Counted from the stretch's first letter, positions 49,685-59,897 are shown. The stretch: 64,000 nt of DNA from Patescibacteria group bacterium (GCA_041662625.1 JBAZSB010000001.1:118467-182466), one strand, 5' to 3'. Program-made: numbers and translations. The notes: generated by a model not told the origin, from the sequence alone.

Positions 49685-50683
49685 TTACGGCTGCAAAATA
49701 TCTTCTGTTCGGCCGTCAATCGAGATAATTACATTATTTACGGTCGGGAATTGTTTTAAGGTTTGCCTAATTTGACTGCTGATTGCCGCCACCCGGCAGG
49801 AACCGCCGACTGCATACTCCAGTTGGGCGTTAAAGTCGACTTTGGCAGTGCCATTTTCAATATTTAAGCTTTGGATTTTAACTCCGGGATTAATTGAGGT
49901 AAAATAACCATCATTTTTTTCCGTTTCAGTTGGCCCTTTTAGTAATTCTTCTAAAGCAGCTCGGCCAATGGCTTCGGTTTTAACAATCGTTCTTTGGATT
50001 GCAAAAACCTTAGTACAATCCATCACTTCAGGATCAAACTGGGAATTACCAAAATAAACATTGATATTATCAGTCTCTGGTTGGCTCAAAATCAAGGGAA
50101 TAGTTATTTGTTCATCGTTTTGGGGTAAGCCGGAAGGGTTATCGCGCTGTAAAACCAAGGTCACTGGTATCTGGCCGCTTTGGCTTAAAATACTGCCGAC
50201 AATTTCGGCTTCGAAAGGCACAAAGTCCGTTGTCATCCAGTCGCTTTTGGCTGAAGCAATAGTTTGAGCAATGACTTGATTATTAGCATCGAGTAGTTTA
50301 ACTGGGAATGAAGCCTCAAAAAACCAATTGCCTCGGGCTTCCCCGGTAATGGTTAAAGGGAAAGTGAATTCTTGGTTTTTGTTTGGCGAATAAACAATAA
50401 TTTTGTTGCCGACCTGACATTCATTGCGGAAATAAGCCCATTCTTCACATTTGGAACCATCAGAAAAAGTGCAAATGCCAATTTGATTGCCAACTAATCC
50501 GCCAGCGTCTTCGATGATATTTAAGGTACCGCTGTCTTGCTCGCATTTAACTGAAGCGGGGTTAGCTAAGCCGACATTAGTGTTAGTTTGTCCTTCTTGT
50601 TTTGAAGATTGTATCAGTTTTAGGCAACCGGTCAACAAAAGAGTCAGGATAAGAATTGAAATCAAAAAAAGATTTTTTTTCAT
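49685..50683 (-). CDS. Lipoprotein with DUF333, Gmad2 Ig-like and GerMN domains
   Basis: LLTGC lipobox; ANPASVKC; WFFEASFP; LEELLKGP..GGSC..QF. Confidence 0.85.
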   Translation of the reverse strand: MKKNLFLISILILTLLLTGCLKLIQSSKQEGQTNTNVGLANPASVKCEQDSGTLNIIEDAGGLVGNQIGICTFSDGSKCEEWAYFRNECQVGNKIIVYSPNKNQEFTFPLTITGEARGNWFFEASFPVKLLDANNQVIAQTIASAKSDWMTTDFVPFEAEIVGSILSQSGQIPVTLVLQRDNPSGLPQNDEQITIPLILSQPETDNINVYFGNSQFDPEVMDCTKVFAIQRTIVKTEAIGRAALEELLKGPTETEKNDGYFTSINPGVKIQSLNIENGTAKVDFNAQLEYAVGGSCRVAAISSQIRQTLKQFPTVNNVIISIDGRTEDILQP

Positions 50684-50693
50684 AGAGACTAAA

Positions 50694-51179
50694 TTAAATA
50701 TTTAAGGTAGCAAGCCACTCGGCTAATTTTTTCTTATTTTCAGCTTGATTTCTCAGCGGTTCTCTAAAAGCAATTTCTCCGATTATCTCATTACCCGTTA
50801 ATTCCGATTTTAGATTAGTTAAAGCCTTGCCCGGCATCCCATCATGACAGCAAAATAAAGCAATTTTTTTATTGGTCAGTTCATTTTGGCTCAGAAAAGT
50901 CCGCAGGGCCGGGGCAAAACTAAAAGCCCAGACCTGTGTGCCTAAAATTATTAGGTTGTAATCAGCTATATTTTTTGTTAAAGGTAAGAGCTTTGGTTTT
51001 TCTTTGGTCATGACCTGCTTGCCGCCCCAAAAAATTGTCCGCAAATCGTGGCTGCTTTTAAATTCTTTTTCCAGTTTTAATTCCAAAATTTCGCCACTAG
51101 TGATTTCGGCGATAGTTTGGGCAATAAATTTAGTGTTGCCGGTCAATGAATAAAAAATGATTATTGGTTTTTCTGTCAT
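50694..51179 (-). CDS. Flavodoxin
   Basis: YSLTGNT FMN-binding loop. Confidence 0.85.
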   Translation of the reverse strand: MTEKPIIIFYSLTGNTKFIAQTIAEITSGEILELKLEKEFKSSHDLRTIFWGGKQVMTKEKPKLLPLTKNIADYNLIILGTQVWAFSFAPALRTFLSQNELTNKKIALFCCHDGMPGKALTNLKSELTGNEIIGEIAFREPLRNQAENKKKLAEWLATLNI

Positions 51180-51185
51180 AATTAT

Positions 51186-51650
51186 TTAGCGGTTTAATAA
51201 CCAAACTTGGTAAGTTAGATAGGTGGCAAAACAAACCCAGCCAAAATATGGTAGCAGTAAGATTGCCGCTGCTAGTGAATAAGGCCAAATCAAAATAATT
51301 AAGGCTAGAACAGAAATACCTAAAAGTCCGGCTTCAAAAACAGCCGGACCAATTAGATTTAAGCCGAAAAAAAGATAGCTCCAGCCAACATTCAATAAGG
51401 CATTGACGATAAAAAGTAAGATAATAAGCCAGAAATTTCTTTCTGTAAAATAACGGTTCCAGATAATCAATACTGAGATAGTGGCTAAAATGAAAATTAC
51501 GGTCCAAACTGTGCCAATGACTGAGCCTGGTGGTGTCCAGCTGGGCAGGTTAATACTTTTGTACCAACTCATTCCTCGATTAGTCAGCCAACTGCCAAGG
51601 GCGGCGGTTAAAAAGGTTAGAATAGGAATGATTAAATAATTTGGTTTCAT
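51186..51650 (-). CDS. tspO: TspO/MBR family protein
   Basis: WY..LPSWTPP, LNVGWSYLFF, LLPYFGW. Confidence 0.9.
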   Translation of the reverse strand: MKPNYLIIPILTFLTAALGSWLTNRGMSWYKSINLPSWTPPGSVIGTVWTVIFILATISVLIIWNRYFTERNFWLIILLFIVNALLNVGWSYLFFGLNLIGPAVFEAGLLGISVLALIILIWPYSLAAAILLLPYFGWVCFATYLTYQVWLLNR

Positions 51651-52090
51651 AAGCTAATTTTCTCATTTTTAGGTTTCTTAGTCAAACAAAAAATAAGGCC
51701 AAAAGCCTTTTTAGATATGCGAAAAGACTGAGTGCTTTTCGGGATGATGGCGAAATGCGAGAATGAAGTTGTTGTTGTGGGGGTATTGTATTGAGGTGTT
51801 GCACGAAAGTGTGCGGCGTATGGTAGAGAAGAAGTGGGGGGTGATGGGTTCTGAACCCATCTAAGGTACAAAACTCATCACCCATCGCCTCATATCTCTA
51901 TTCCCCTTTTAAACTTCAATCTATTCTCAGTCTTCAATTATATTTTACCATACTGATATTGGCTGTCAATAGTTTTTTATTTTGCGGAGTTGAGAGAATT
52001 TTTTTAGTTATCCCCAATTTGGTTTTTTAAAGTAAAAAAAGAACCAGCTTAGTCGCTGGTTCTTTTGAATGATATTTATTGATTTTGTAA

Positions 52091-52543
52091 TTACCGTTTG
52101 CTGAACTGAGGGGCACGCCGGGCGCGTTTGAGACCTGGTTTTTTCCGTTCTTTGCGCCGCGGATCGCGCCGAAGATAACCCTGATGTTTCAAAACTTTCC
52201 TAAAGTCTTTTTCAAAAATCACTAAAACCCGGGCAATGCCGTGTCTAGCAGCTTCGGCTTGACCGCTAGGCCCGCCGCCGGCGACTTTGATTGAAATATT
52301 GAATTCTTTGAGCTTACCCAGTGTTTCTAGTGGTTGAGTAACTGTTTGGCGTAATTCAAAAGTGGGAAAATATTTATCGTATTCTTTATCGTTAACTGTG
52401 ATTTTTCCTTCTCCTTTTTTAAAGAGGCGAACTCGGGCAACCGCTTTTTTTCGACGACCGACGGCATATAAATAGCTATGTCGTACCCGCTTTTTTTCGG
52501 CTTCGCTTTCTTTTTTTTCTTCAACTTTTTTTGGTCGAGGCAT
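52091..52543 (-). CDS. rpsI: 30S ribosomal protein S9
   Basis: GRRKKAVARV, RAPQFSKR. Confidence 0.96.
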   Translation of the reverse strand: MPRPKKVEEKKESEAEKKRVRHSYLYAVGRRKKAVARVRLFKKGEGKITVNDKEYDKYFPTFELRQTVTQPLETLGKLKEFNISIKVAGGGPSGQAEAARHGIARVLVIFEKDFRKVLKHQGYLRRDPRRKERKKPGLKRARRAPQFSKR

Positions 52544-52577
52544 AGATAACAATTAACATTTAACCATTAGCAATTGA

Positions 52578-52997
52578 CTAATTAGTAATTTTTAGCCGCT
52601 TAATCATTTTGGCTCTTAACTTATTTTTTGGTAGCATATTCCAGACTGCTCTTTTTAAAACCTCTGAGGGATTTTTGGAAAAAACTTCATTCATTTTTTT
52701 TATTTTTAAACCACCGGGGTAGCCGGAATAATGATAATAAACTTTTTGATTTAATTTTTTACCGCTGGTTTTGATTTTAGCGGCGTTAATAACGATGATA
52801 TTATTACCCCCTTCGATATGATGTTGAAAAGTTGGCTTATTTTTGCCCCGTAATAAAATAGAGATTTCCGAAGCTAACCGTCCCAAAATTTTAGCCGTGG
52901 CATCAATTTTATAAGTTTCCCGCACCACTGTCAGCTTTTTCTTTTTGGCCGGTTTAATTATTCGTTTGGTTTGTTTTTTTAAATCTTTGGTTACCAT
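52578..52997 (-). CDS. rplM: 50S ribosomal protein L13
   Basis: LGRLAS..LRGKNKP, YHYSGYPGG. Confidence 0.95.
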   Translation of the reverse strand: MVTKDLKKQTKRIIKPAKKKKLTVVRETYKIDATAKILGRLASEISILLRGKNKPTFQHHIEGGNNIIVINAAKIKTSGKKLNQKVYYHYSGYPGGLKIKKMNEVFSKNPSEVLKRAVWNMLPKNKLRAKMIKRLKITN

Positions 52998-53001
52998 AAG
53001 A

Positions 53002-53352
53002 TTAAACAAATTCGATTTGGACAATTTCTGCTCCATCACCTTGTCTTCGACCTAAATTGATAATTCTTAAATAACCACCCTGGCGTTCTTTGTAACGCGG
53101 GCCCAAGACTTCCAAAGCTTTATTAACAGCTTTTTTATGATAAAGGATGGTTAGAAGTTTTCGGCGAGCAGTTAAGTCATTCTTTTTGGCAGTCGTAATT
53201 AATTTCTCGACTAAAGGTTTAACGGCTTTAGCTTTTGCTTTGGTCGTTTTGATTTTTTCATAAATAACAATACTGGTCGCTAAACTGCGCAGCAAAGCTT
53301 CTCGCGATTCTTTTTTTCGGTCCAAGATTTTTCCTTTTTTTCGATGACGCAT
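53002..53352 (-). CDS. rplQ: 50S ribosomal protein L17
   Basis: MRHRK, RQGGYLRI, RQGDGA. Confidence 0.96.
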   Translation of the reverse strand: MRHRKKGKILDRKKESREALLRSLATSIVIYEKIKTTKAKAKAVKPLVEKLITTAKKNDLTARRKLLTILYHKKAVNKALEVLGPRYKERQGGYLRIINLGRRQGDGAEIVQIEFV

Positions 53353-53367
53353 AAATACCAGTCGGAC

Positions 53368-54216
53368 TTATTTTTTATCTTCTTTTTTATCGGCTTTTTT
53401 TGTTCGTTTTCGGCCAACTTTTGCTTCCGGCTCAGACGCCACGGCCTCCGTGTCGCTTTCGCTAGCTTTTTCTTCTTTTTCTTTGGCTTTCTTTTCCTTG
53501 GTTGTTTTTTTAGCCTTAACTTCTGGGACAACTTGATCAGCAATAAATTGGAAATGGTTGATTAAAATTTGAGTTGCTTGGTTTAAAGCTTCCTGCGGCG
53601 AGATTGAGCCATCAGTTTCAATCGTTAAGATCAAATTTTCATAGTTTGTCATCTGGCCGACCCGAATACTTTCAAGATTAAAACCGACATTTTTGACGGG
53701 GGTAAAAATGGAATCAATCATGATCATATTGGTTTCCAAATCTTCTTTTTCTCTCGTTTCGGTCGGGATATAGCCTCGGCCCTGGGTGGCAACAATTTCA
53801 ATCTCTAGTTCCGCCTCTTTATTGGTTAAAGTGGCGATAACTAAATCAGAGTTGATAACTTCCACATCGCTATTAGTCTTGATATCTTTAGCGGTGACTA
53901 CTTTTTCACCCTTAGCTTTAAGTTCCAGACGAACCGGTTCTTCTGAATAAACCTTTAATCGTAGTTGTTTTAAATTTAAAGAGATTTCCACCAGGTCTTC
54001 TTTGACATAAGGAACAGTTGAAAATTCATGACTAACCCCTTTGATTTTAAAAGCGGTGACGGCGGCTCCTGGTAAAGAAGATAACATCACCCGGCGTAAA
54101 GCATTACCCAAAGTGGTACCATAGCCAGGATGGCAAGGTTGGATACTAATAATTTCTTCGTTTTGTTTTTGGCCCGGCCGAGCTTCAATTTTTGAGGGCA
54201 AAGGAATATTTTCCAT
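53368..54216 (-). CDS. rpoA: RNA polymerase alpha subunit (no recognisable CTD)
   Basis: GYGTTLGNALRR, HEFS, DSIFTPV, ETDGSI; K/E-rich tail. Confidence 0.95.
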   Translation of the reverse strand: MENIPLPSKIEARPGQKQNEEIISIQPCHPGYGTTLGNALRRVMLSSLPGAAVTAFKIKGVSHEFSTVPYVKEDLVEISLNLKQLRLKVYSEEPVRLELKAKGEKVVTAKDIKTNSDVEVINSDLVIATLTNKEAELEIEIVATQGRGYIPTETREKEDLETNMIMIDSIFTPVKNVGFNLESIRVGQMTNYENLILTIETDGSISPQEALNQATQILINHFQFIADQVVPEVKAKKTTKEKKAKEKEEKASESDTEAVASEPEAKVGRKRTKKADKKEDKK

Positions 54217-54248
54217 AATTTTTTTATTCCGCCTTTGGCGGAAATTAA

Positions 54249-54878
54249 TTATCTTGAATAAAACTCAACGATTAGTCGGGGGTTGAATATTTGTTCAAGT
54301 GCACTCCCGCTTGGTTTATTTAAAATTTTTGCCGTTTTGGTTTTTAAATCAAAACTAATCCAACCCGGGGCTTCTTGCTTTTCTAATTTTTTTTCTAAAT
54401 CAGTGAAATTTTTTACTTTGATTTTTTCTGGCTTAATGGTGATTTCATCTTTAGCTTTAAGCTGGTAGGACGGGATATTAACAGTTTTACCATTAACTAA
54501 AAATAGATTATGGCCCACCATTTGTCGCGCTTGCTTTCTTGATTTGGCAAGATTCAGGCGATAAATAACATTATCTAGTCTCATTTCTAAGAGTTGTTGG
54601 ATAATTTCTCCCGTGTCCCCTTTTTGCGTAATTGCCTTGCGGTAATAATTTCGGAATTGTCTTTCTAAAATGCCATAAACCCTTTTTGCTTTTTGTTTTT
54701 CGCGTAATTGCTGGCCATATTCTGTCTGCCGGCGCCGTCCCTTAGGACCGTGGAGACCAGGCGGATAATTCCTTTTCAAAATCGCGCATTTCGGTGAAAA
54801 ACATCTCTCACCTTTCAAAAAGAGTTTTGTACTCTCACGTCGACATTGTTTACATTTTGGATCTAAAGTTTTTGCCAT
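54249..54878 (-). CDS. rpsD: 30S ribosomal protein S4 (zinc type)
   Basis: CKQCRRE, QLREKQK, RLDNV, VEFYSR. Confidence 0.96.
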   Translation of the reverse strand: MAKTLDPKCKQCRRESTKLFLKGERCFSPKCAILKRNYPPGLHGPKGRRRQTEYGQQLREKQKAKRVYGILERQFRNYYRKAITQKGDTGEIIQQLLEMRLDNVIYRLNLAKSRKQARQMVGHNLFLVNGKTVNIPSYQLKAKDEITIKPEKIKVKNFTDLEKKLEKQEAPGWISFDLKTKTAKILNKPSGSALEQIFNPRLIVEFYSR

Positions 54879-54884
54879 AGATTA

Positions 54885-55340
54885 TTAAACTCGTCTTGGT
54901 TTTTTAGGTCGGCAACCGTTATGAGGAATCGGGGTCACGTCTTTGATACTTAAAACATTAATGCCATTAGTGTTGATTGATCGGATAGCGGCTTCTCGGC
55001 CACCGCCAACACCTTTAACAAAAACGTTAACTTCTTTGAGACCATAGGGTTTGACTCGTTCAGCGGCCTTTTGGACAATTATGCCGGCGGCATAAGGCGT
55101 TGATTTTTTTGGGCCGCGGAAACCAACTTGGCCAGCCGAACACTGAGTCAAAGTATCACCGTTTTGATCGGTAAAAGTAATAACGGTATTATTATAGGTT
55201 GCTTTAACATAAGCCCGGCCGGAAGTAACCTGCCTTTTCATTTTTTTCTTGGAAACAGTTTTAGCTTTAACTTCCTTTTCTGGAGCTTCTTTTGTTTCCT
55301 CGGTTTCGGTAGAGGGTTTTTTAACTTTCTGTTGACCCAT
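54885..55340 (-). CDS. rpsK: 30S ribosomal protein S11
   Basis: KSTPYAA, DVTPIPHNGCRP. Confidence 0.96.
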   Translation of the reverse strand: MGQQKVKKPSTETEETKEAPEKEVKAKTVSKKKMKRQVTSGRAYVKATYNNTVITFTDQNGDTLTQCSAGQVGFRGPKKSTPYAAGIIVQKAAERVKPYGLKEVNVFVKGVGGGREAAIRSINTNGINVLSIKDVTPIPHNGCRPKKPRRV

Positions 55341-55374
55341 AGATTAGGGATTAGGTTATATAGGTTATTAGGGA

Positions 55375-55764
55375 TTAGGTTTTTTGGGCAGTTGGTTTGC
55401 GGCCAGAACCCATGGTTCGTCTGACATTACCGCGAACCGTTCGGGTGTTGGTTTTAGTTCTTTGGCCACGGCAGGGTAAACCTTTAGCATGGCGAGAACC
55501 ACGATAGCTATCAATTTCTTTCAATCTTTTGATATTTAATAAAATTTCTCTTTTTAGTTCACCTTCTACTTTATGGTTTTTTTCAATAATTTCTCTCAGC
55601 CGGTTAGTTTCTTCGTCGGTTAAATTTTTGACGCGGGTATTAGGATCAACTTTGGCTTCCTTTAAAATTTTGTTGGCAGAAGTTTTGCCAATGCCAAAAA
55701 TATAAGTCAAACCGATTTCCACTCTTTTGTCGTTAGGTAAGGTTATGCCCGCAATTCTTGCCAT
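55375..55764 (-). CDS. rpsM: 30S ribosomal protein S13
   Basis: [14 protein letters not shown]. Confidence 0.96.
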   Translation of the reverse strand: MARIAGITLPNDKRVEIGLTYIFGIGKTSANKILKEAKVDPNTRVKNLTDEETNRLREIIEKNHKVEGELKREILLNIKRLKEIDSYRGSRHAKGLPCRGQRTKTNTRTVRGNVRRTMGSGRKPTAQKT

Positions 55765-55773
55765 AAGTAGTAA

Positions 55774-55887
55774 TTAGCCTTGTCTTTGGCGATGTCTCGG
55801 ATTTTTACAAATAATATGAACCCGCTTTTTGCGGCGGATTACTTTGCAATCTTTACAAATTTTTTTTACTGAAGCTTTAACTTTCAT
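55774..55887 (-). CDS. rpmJ: 50S ribosomal protein L36
   Basis: Hand-translated [37 protein letters not shown]. Confidence 0.96.
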   Translation of the reverse strand: MKVKASVKKICKDCKVIRRKKRVHIICKNPRHRQRQG

Positions 55888-56004
55888 CCCGTTAGAGATA
55901 GGTCACGGCCAAAACCGTTACCTGTCTATTAGTTAGTTAAATAATATTTTTATCTTTAACCCGTTAAAATGTTTCCATCAATGCAACAGCAATCTCTAAC
56001 GGGA
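55888..56004. mobile_element. MITE-like element with 11-bp terminal inverted repeats
   Basis: cccgttagaga...tctctaacggg, flanked by a ttcat direct repeat. Confidence 0.7.
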
Positions 56005-56013
56005 TTCATATCC

Positions 56014-56250
56014 TTAGTAACGGAAAGTAATACGGCCTTTGGTTAAATCATAAGGGGTCATTTGAATTTTGACTTTATCTCCTGGCAAAAGCCGAATTTT
56101 AAACATCCGCATTTTTCCGGACAGATGGGCCAAAACTTCGTGCCCATTTTCCAGCTTAACCCTAAAAGTGGCTGCTGGCAGTAATTCTATAACTTCTCCA
56201 TTAATTTCGATAAACTCTTTGCTGGGGGGAGTATTTTTGTTTTTTGCCAT
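56014..56250 (-). CDS. infA: Translation initiation factor IF-1
   Basis: [18 protein letters not shown]. Confidence 0.96.
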   Translation of the reverse strand: MAKNKNTPPSKEFIEINGEVIELLPAATFRVKLENGHEVLAHLSGKMRMFKIRLLPGDKVKIQMTPYDLTKGRITFRY

Positions 56251-56562
56251 AATTTAGATTGAATCCCTGGCTGTGGATATGGGATTATGCCCGATTAAAT
56301 GGCTCATTTAGAAAAAATAAAATTCTTGGCATCATCAGAAATCTTACTTTAGCCTAGAATTTTACCCAAAATAAGACAAATTTTATTTATCTTCACTAAA
56401 ATTATTATAGTGGATTTGGATTTAATTTGTCAATAATAGAATTATTCTATAGCAAACTCAGAAAAATGTCAACATAAAGGGAAAGGCCACCAGTTCAGCT
56501 TTTCCCTTTGTGGGGCTTACTTTGGTGGCCTTTGTGGGCGCAATGACGATGTTCCTTACCGG

Positions 56563-56865
56563 TTAGGCAAGGACAAGGGCGGGTTGTCCACTCGTCGTCG
56601 TGTCGGCGCCGTAATCGCCGCGGCCAGTGAAGAAAGTGGACATCACATCTTCCATATCCGCCAAGGGGCGGTTACCTTCGAAGACGGTCTTTTGGCCGGT
56701 AAACTTCTCCCAACTCGGGGATTTCTCGGCCTCGGCGAGGTCACTTTCGGTGGCGTGGTGGTGTGTGCACCCCGGCCTGATCCGGAGTATGAGTCCGTTG
56801 CTGTCCTTGGCCAGAAATACTGGCTTTCCATTATGGACATATAGGACTTCGATCTTGTACGGCAT
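56563..56865 (-). CDS. Orphan 100-aa protein
   Basis: GAGGAG SD before MPYKI; TTGACA-17-TATAAT promoter 56932-56960. Confidence 0.7.
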   Translation of the reverse strand: MPYKIEVLYVHNGKPVFLAKDSNGLILRIRPGCTHHHATESDLAEAEKSPSWEKFTGQKTVFEGNRPLADMEDVMSTFFTGRGDYGADTTTSGQPALVLA

Positions 56866-57075
56866 TAGTATTCTCCTCTCTTTCTTTGCTTCTGCTTCCG
56901 TTGAGACACACAAACCCAAATTGATAAGTGTATTATAGCAGATTATTATGGGTATGTCAATGGATTTTGAATAAAAATGGCTAAAATTAGATATTTTTGT
57001 TGATTTAAAGTAATAAAAAAACACCAGTCCAAGAGGAAAAACCCTGGACCGGCTTCAAAAGGTCAGAAATAAGAA

Positions 57076-57408
57076 TCAGTCGCTGCTGCAACTACCAGCA
57101 GGAACCGGCGTCGGCTGGTCACTTTGGTGATTGAAGTACACCGTCATGTGGCGGACCATGCAGCGCCGGGCTAAGAAAGTAAAGTCAGGGCTGACAATGC
57201 CCAGGCGCTCGGCGAATGCTTCAGCCGTGGTAAACTCGGGTGTTGTATCCGGGTTAACTGGAAACGCTGGTGAGCCCTCGTCAAAGACCTCAGGCTCGGG
57301 TTCTCCGGCCACAAGAACCATTAGACGGTGCTTTGTGGCCATTCCACCCATACTCTCCTCGACAAGGCAACTTCTTTGACCCGGGTTAACATAAAGAACC
57401 TTTAGCAT
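57076..57408 (-). CDS. Orphan 110-aa protein, likely paralog of 56563-56865
   Basis: GGAGG SD before MLKVLYV; own promoter and terminator. Confidence 0.7.
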   Translation of the reverse strand: MLKVLYVNPGQRSCLVEESMGGMATKHRLMVLVAGEPEPEVFDEGSPAFPVNPDTTPEFTTAEAFAERLGIVSPDFTFLARRCMVRHMTVYFNHQSDQPTPVPAGSCSSD

Positions 57409-57565
57409 ATCTTTTCCTCCATCCCCGTTGGCTTGGGGAAATCTAGTTTTGCTGTGACTAGCTAGATAAATTATCACGGTAGGTATTTTTTGTCAAAAAT
57501 GAATAAAACAAAAAAGGCACGAGGTCCCGGATTGAGTCTAAGATGACAATTGTGCCTTTTTTGGT

Positions 57566-59332
57566 TTATTCTAAGATTGCTTTGATTCTTCGGACGCCGG
57601 CGCTGCTGGATTCTTCTTTGAGGATTTTGAAATGCCCCAGCTCGCCGGTTGTTTTGGCATGCGGCCCGCCGCAGATTTCTTTACTGAATTCGCCGGCTGA
57701 GTAAACCTTTACTTTGTCGCCGTATTTATTTTCAAAAACACCCATTGCCCCTTTGGCTTTGGCTTGTTCTAAGCTTAACTCTTCGCAAACTACAGGCAGA
57801 TTTTTTTTGATTTGTTCATTAACGATATCTTCAACCTGCTTAATCTGTTCGGGTGTCATTTTTTCGCTGTGGGAAAAATCAAAGCGAATTCGTTCGGGAG
57901 TGATGTTTGAACCTTTTTGAAAAACATGGTCACCTAGAATTTGGCGCAGGGCGGCTAGCATTAAATGAGTGGCGGTGTGCATTTTCGCAGTTATCTCAGA
58001 ATTGTCAGCCAGTCCACCTTTGAATCGGCCTTCTGTGGCGGTGCGGGAAAGTTCCTGGTGTTTTTTAAATTCTTCGTTAAATCCGGCTTCGTCGATTTCT
58101 ATTCCTTTTTCTGCCGCCAGCTCCTTAGTTATTTCAAAAGGAAAACCGTAAGTGGAAAATAAAATAAAAGCTTCTTGACCGGAAATGCCGTCTTCAGACA
58201 TTTTTTCAAATTGTTTTAAACCATTCTCTAAAGTTTGGGAAAATTTTTCTTCTTCTCTGACTAGTTGCTCTTCAATGAAATCCTTATTCTTTTTTAATTC
58301 CGGATAATCAGCGCTGTATTCTTTTACCACAATTTTGGCAATAGCAAAAGTAAAGGGTTTATCAATGCCAATCATTTTGCCGTGGCGGATGGCCCGCCTG
58401 ATCAGCCGGCGCAAAACATAACCTTGGTCTAAGTTTGAAGGCACTATTCCCTTTTCATCACCCAGAATGAAAGTGGCGCTGCGCAAATGGTCAGCAATGA
58501 TCCGGATTGATTTCTCGCCTCGATTCGGAGTCGAAGCGGGTTCATTTTCAGTCTTAGCCAGCTTTTTTATTTCTTTAATGATTGGTGCAAATAACTCAGT
58601 AGTAAAGACATTATTTTGGCCATTTAATACCGCTAAGGTTCTTTCGACGCCCATGCCAGTATCAACATTTTTTTGCTTTAACTCCTCATACTTACCAGCA
58701 GCGGTTTTATTGTATTGCATAAATACATCATTCCAGATTTCCACCCAGCCGCTCTTATTGTCGCCTGTAAGCAGATCTGGCGGGTTACCTTTGCCGGTCC
58801 AATAAAACATTTCTGTGTCCGGACCGCAAGGACCAGTCTGGCCGGCTGGGCCCCACCAGTTGTCATTTTTGCCAAAAAAATAGATTCGGTTTTTTGGAAT
58901 ACCCATCTTCTGCCAGATCGCCGCTGACTCTTCATCTTTTGGCGCATCCGAGTCGCCGGCAAAGCAAGAGACAGCTAATTTTTCCAAAGGGATATTAAGT
59001 TCCTTGGTTAAAAATTCAAAGCTCCACTGGATCGCTTCTTTTTTCCAGTAGTCGCCCAGCGACCAGTTACCGAGCATCTCAAAGAAAGTCAAATGGACAT
59101 CATCGCCGACTTCATCAATATCACCGGTTCTGATGCATTTTTGGACATCAACTAATCTTTTGCCGGCTGGATGCTTTTCACCTAGTAAATAAGGCACGAG
59201 CGGATGCATGCCGGCATTGGTAAACAAAACCGTGGGGTCGTTTTCCGGAATCAAAGAAGCCGAAGGGATGATTGCATGGCCCTTTTCAGCAAAAAATTTA
59301 AGATATTTTTTCTTAAGTTCGTTGGCTTTCAT
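57566..59332 (-). CDS. alaS: Alanyl-tRNA synthetase (short form)
   Basis: TNAGM, HLTFFEMLGNWS, DTGMG, HTATH, EICGGPH, GVRRI. Confidence 0.96.
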   Translation of the reverse strand: MKANELKKKYLKFFAEKGHAIIPSASLIPENDPTVLFTNAGMHPLVPYLLGEKHPAGKRLVDVQKCIRTGDIDEVGDDVHLTFFEMLGNWSLGDYWKKEAIQWSFEFLTKELNIPLEKLAVSCFAGDSDAPKDEESAAIWQKMGIPKNRIYFFGKNDNWWGPAGQTGPCGPDTEMFYWTGKGNPPDLLTGDNKSGWVEIWNDVFMQYNKTAAGKYEELKQKNVDTGMGVERTLAVLNGQNNVFTTELFAPIIKEIKKLAKTENEPASTPNRGEKSIRIIADHLRSATFILGDEKGIVPSNLDQGYVLRRLIRRAIRHGKMIGIDKPFTFAIAKIVVKEYSADYPELKKNKDFIEEQLVREEEKFSQTLENGLKQFEKMSEDGISGQEAFILFSTYGFPFEITKELAAEKGIEIDEAGFNEEFKKHQELSRTATEGRFKGGLADNSEITAKMHTATHLMLAALRQILGDHVFQKGSNITPERIRFDFSHSEKMTPEQIKQVEDIVNEQIKKNLPVVCEELSLEQAKAKGAMGVFENKYGDKVKVYSAGEFSKEICGGPHAKTTGELGHFKILKEESSSAGVRRIKAILE

Positions 59333-59459
59333 ATTTGGATTTTAGCAGATACAGTAGTTATTTTCAAGCTGTTTAATTAAAAAAAGAACCTCGGCAACCA
59401 AAACCTTTTGGTCAGGCTGGAGAGGTGGATAGGAAAGGAATCACTTCGTCCCCCGTAGT

Positions 59460-59897
59460 CTATTTCTTTGTTCGCACGTGGATGACATCGAAGTACTCGG
59501 CGAGCTGATGGAACAGATCACTCGTCAGGTAGTAGACGTACTTGAGTTGGTCTGACTCTTTGAAATTGTTGAAGTCGACCATGGCGACTTTCTTCAAACC
59601 CTCCTGCTCAGAGTCAGGATAAACCACGAGTGTGTAAGTCGCCGAGTTGAAGGACATTTCGGTCAGATCAGCAGTCATCTGCTCGGGCGCAGATTCCCCT
59701 AATCGAATTCGCAGAATTGCTTGGCCAGGACCTTGTTTGACCAAGTCGAAACCCAGATCCCGGGTCTCCTCTGCTTTCTTTGCTGCCTCCTTTGCCTCCT
59801 TGCTCACGTTGGTCAGCGGCTGCTGGCTTTTGGTGCTAGCCAGGCAAAATCCAGCCAGGACAACCAACACCAGCGAAAGAACTGTTGCCTTTCTCAT
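59460..59897 (-). CDS. Orphan secreted 145-aa protein
   Basis: AAGGAGG SD; signal peptide; TTGACA-17-TAAGAT promoter upstream. Confidence 0.7.
   Translation of the reverse strand: MRKATVLSLVLVVLAGFCLASTKSQQPLTNVSKEAKEAAKKAEETRDLGFDLVKQGPGQAILRIRLGESAPEQMTADLTEMSFNSATYTLVVYPDSEQEGLKKVAMVDFNNFKESDQLKYVYYLTSDLFHQLAEYFDVIHVRTKK

Noticed and set aside
9442-59332. Short ProRS and AlaRS as pseudogenes
   Set aside because: Catalytic motifs are intact, and compact forms are known in reduced genomes.
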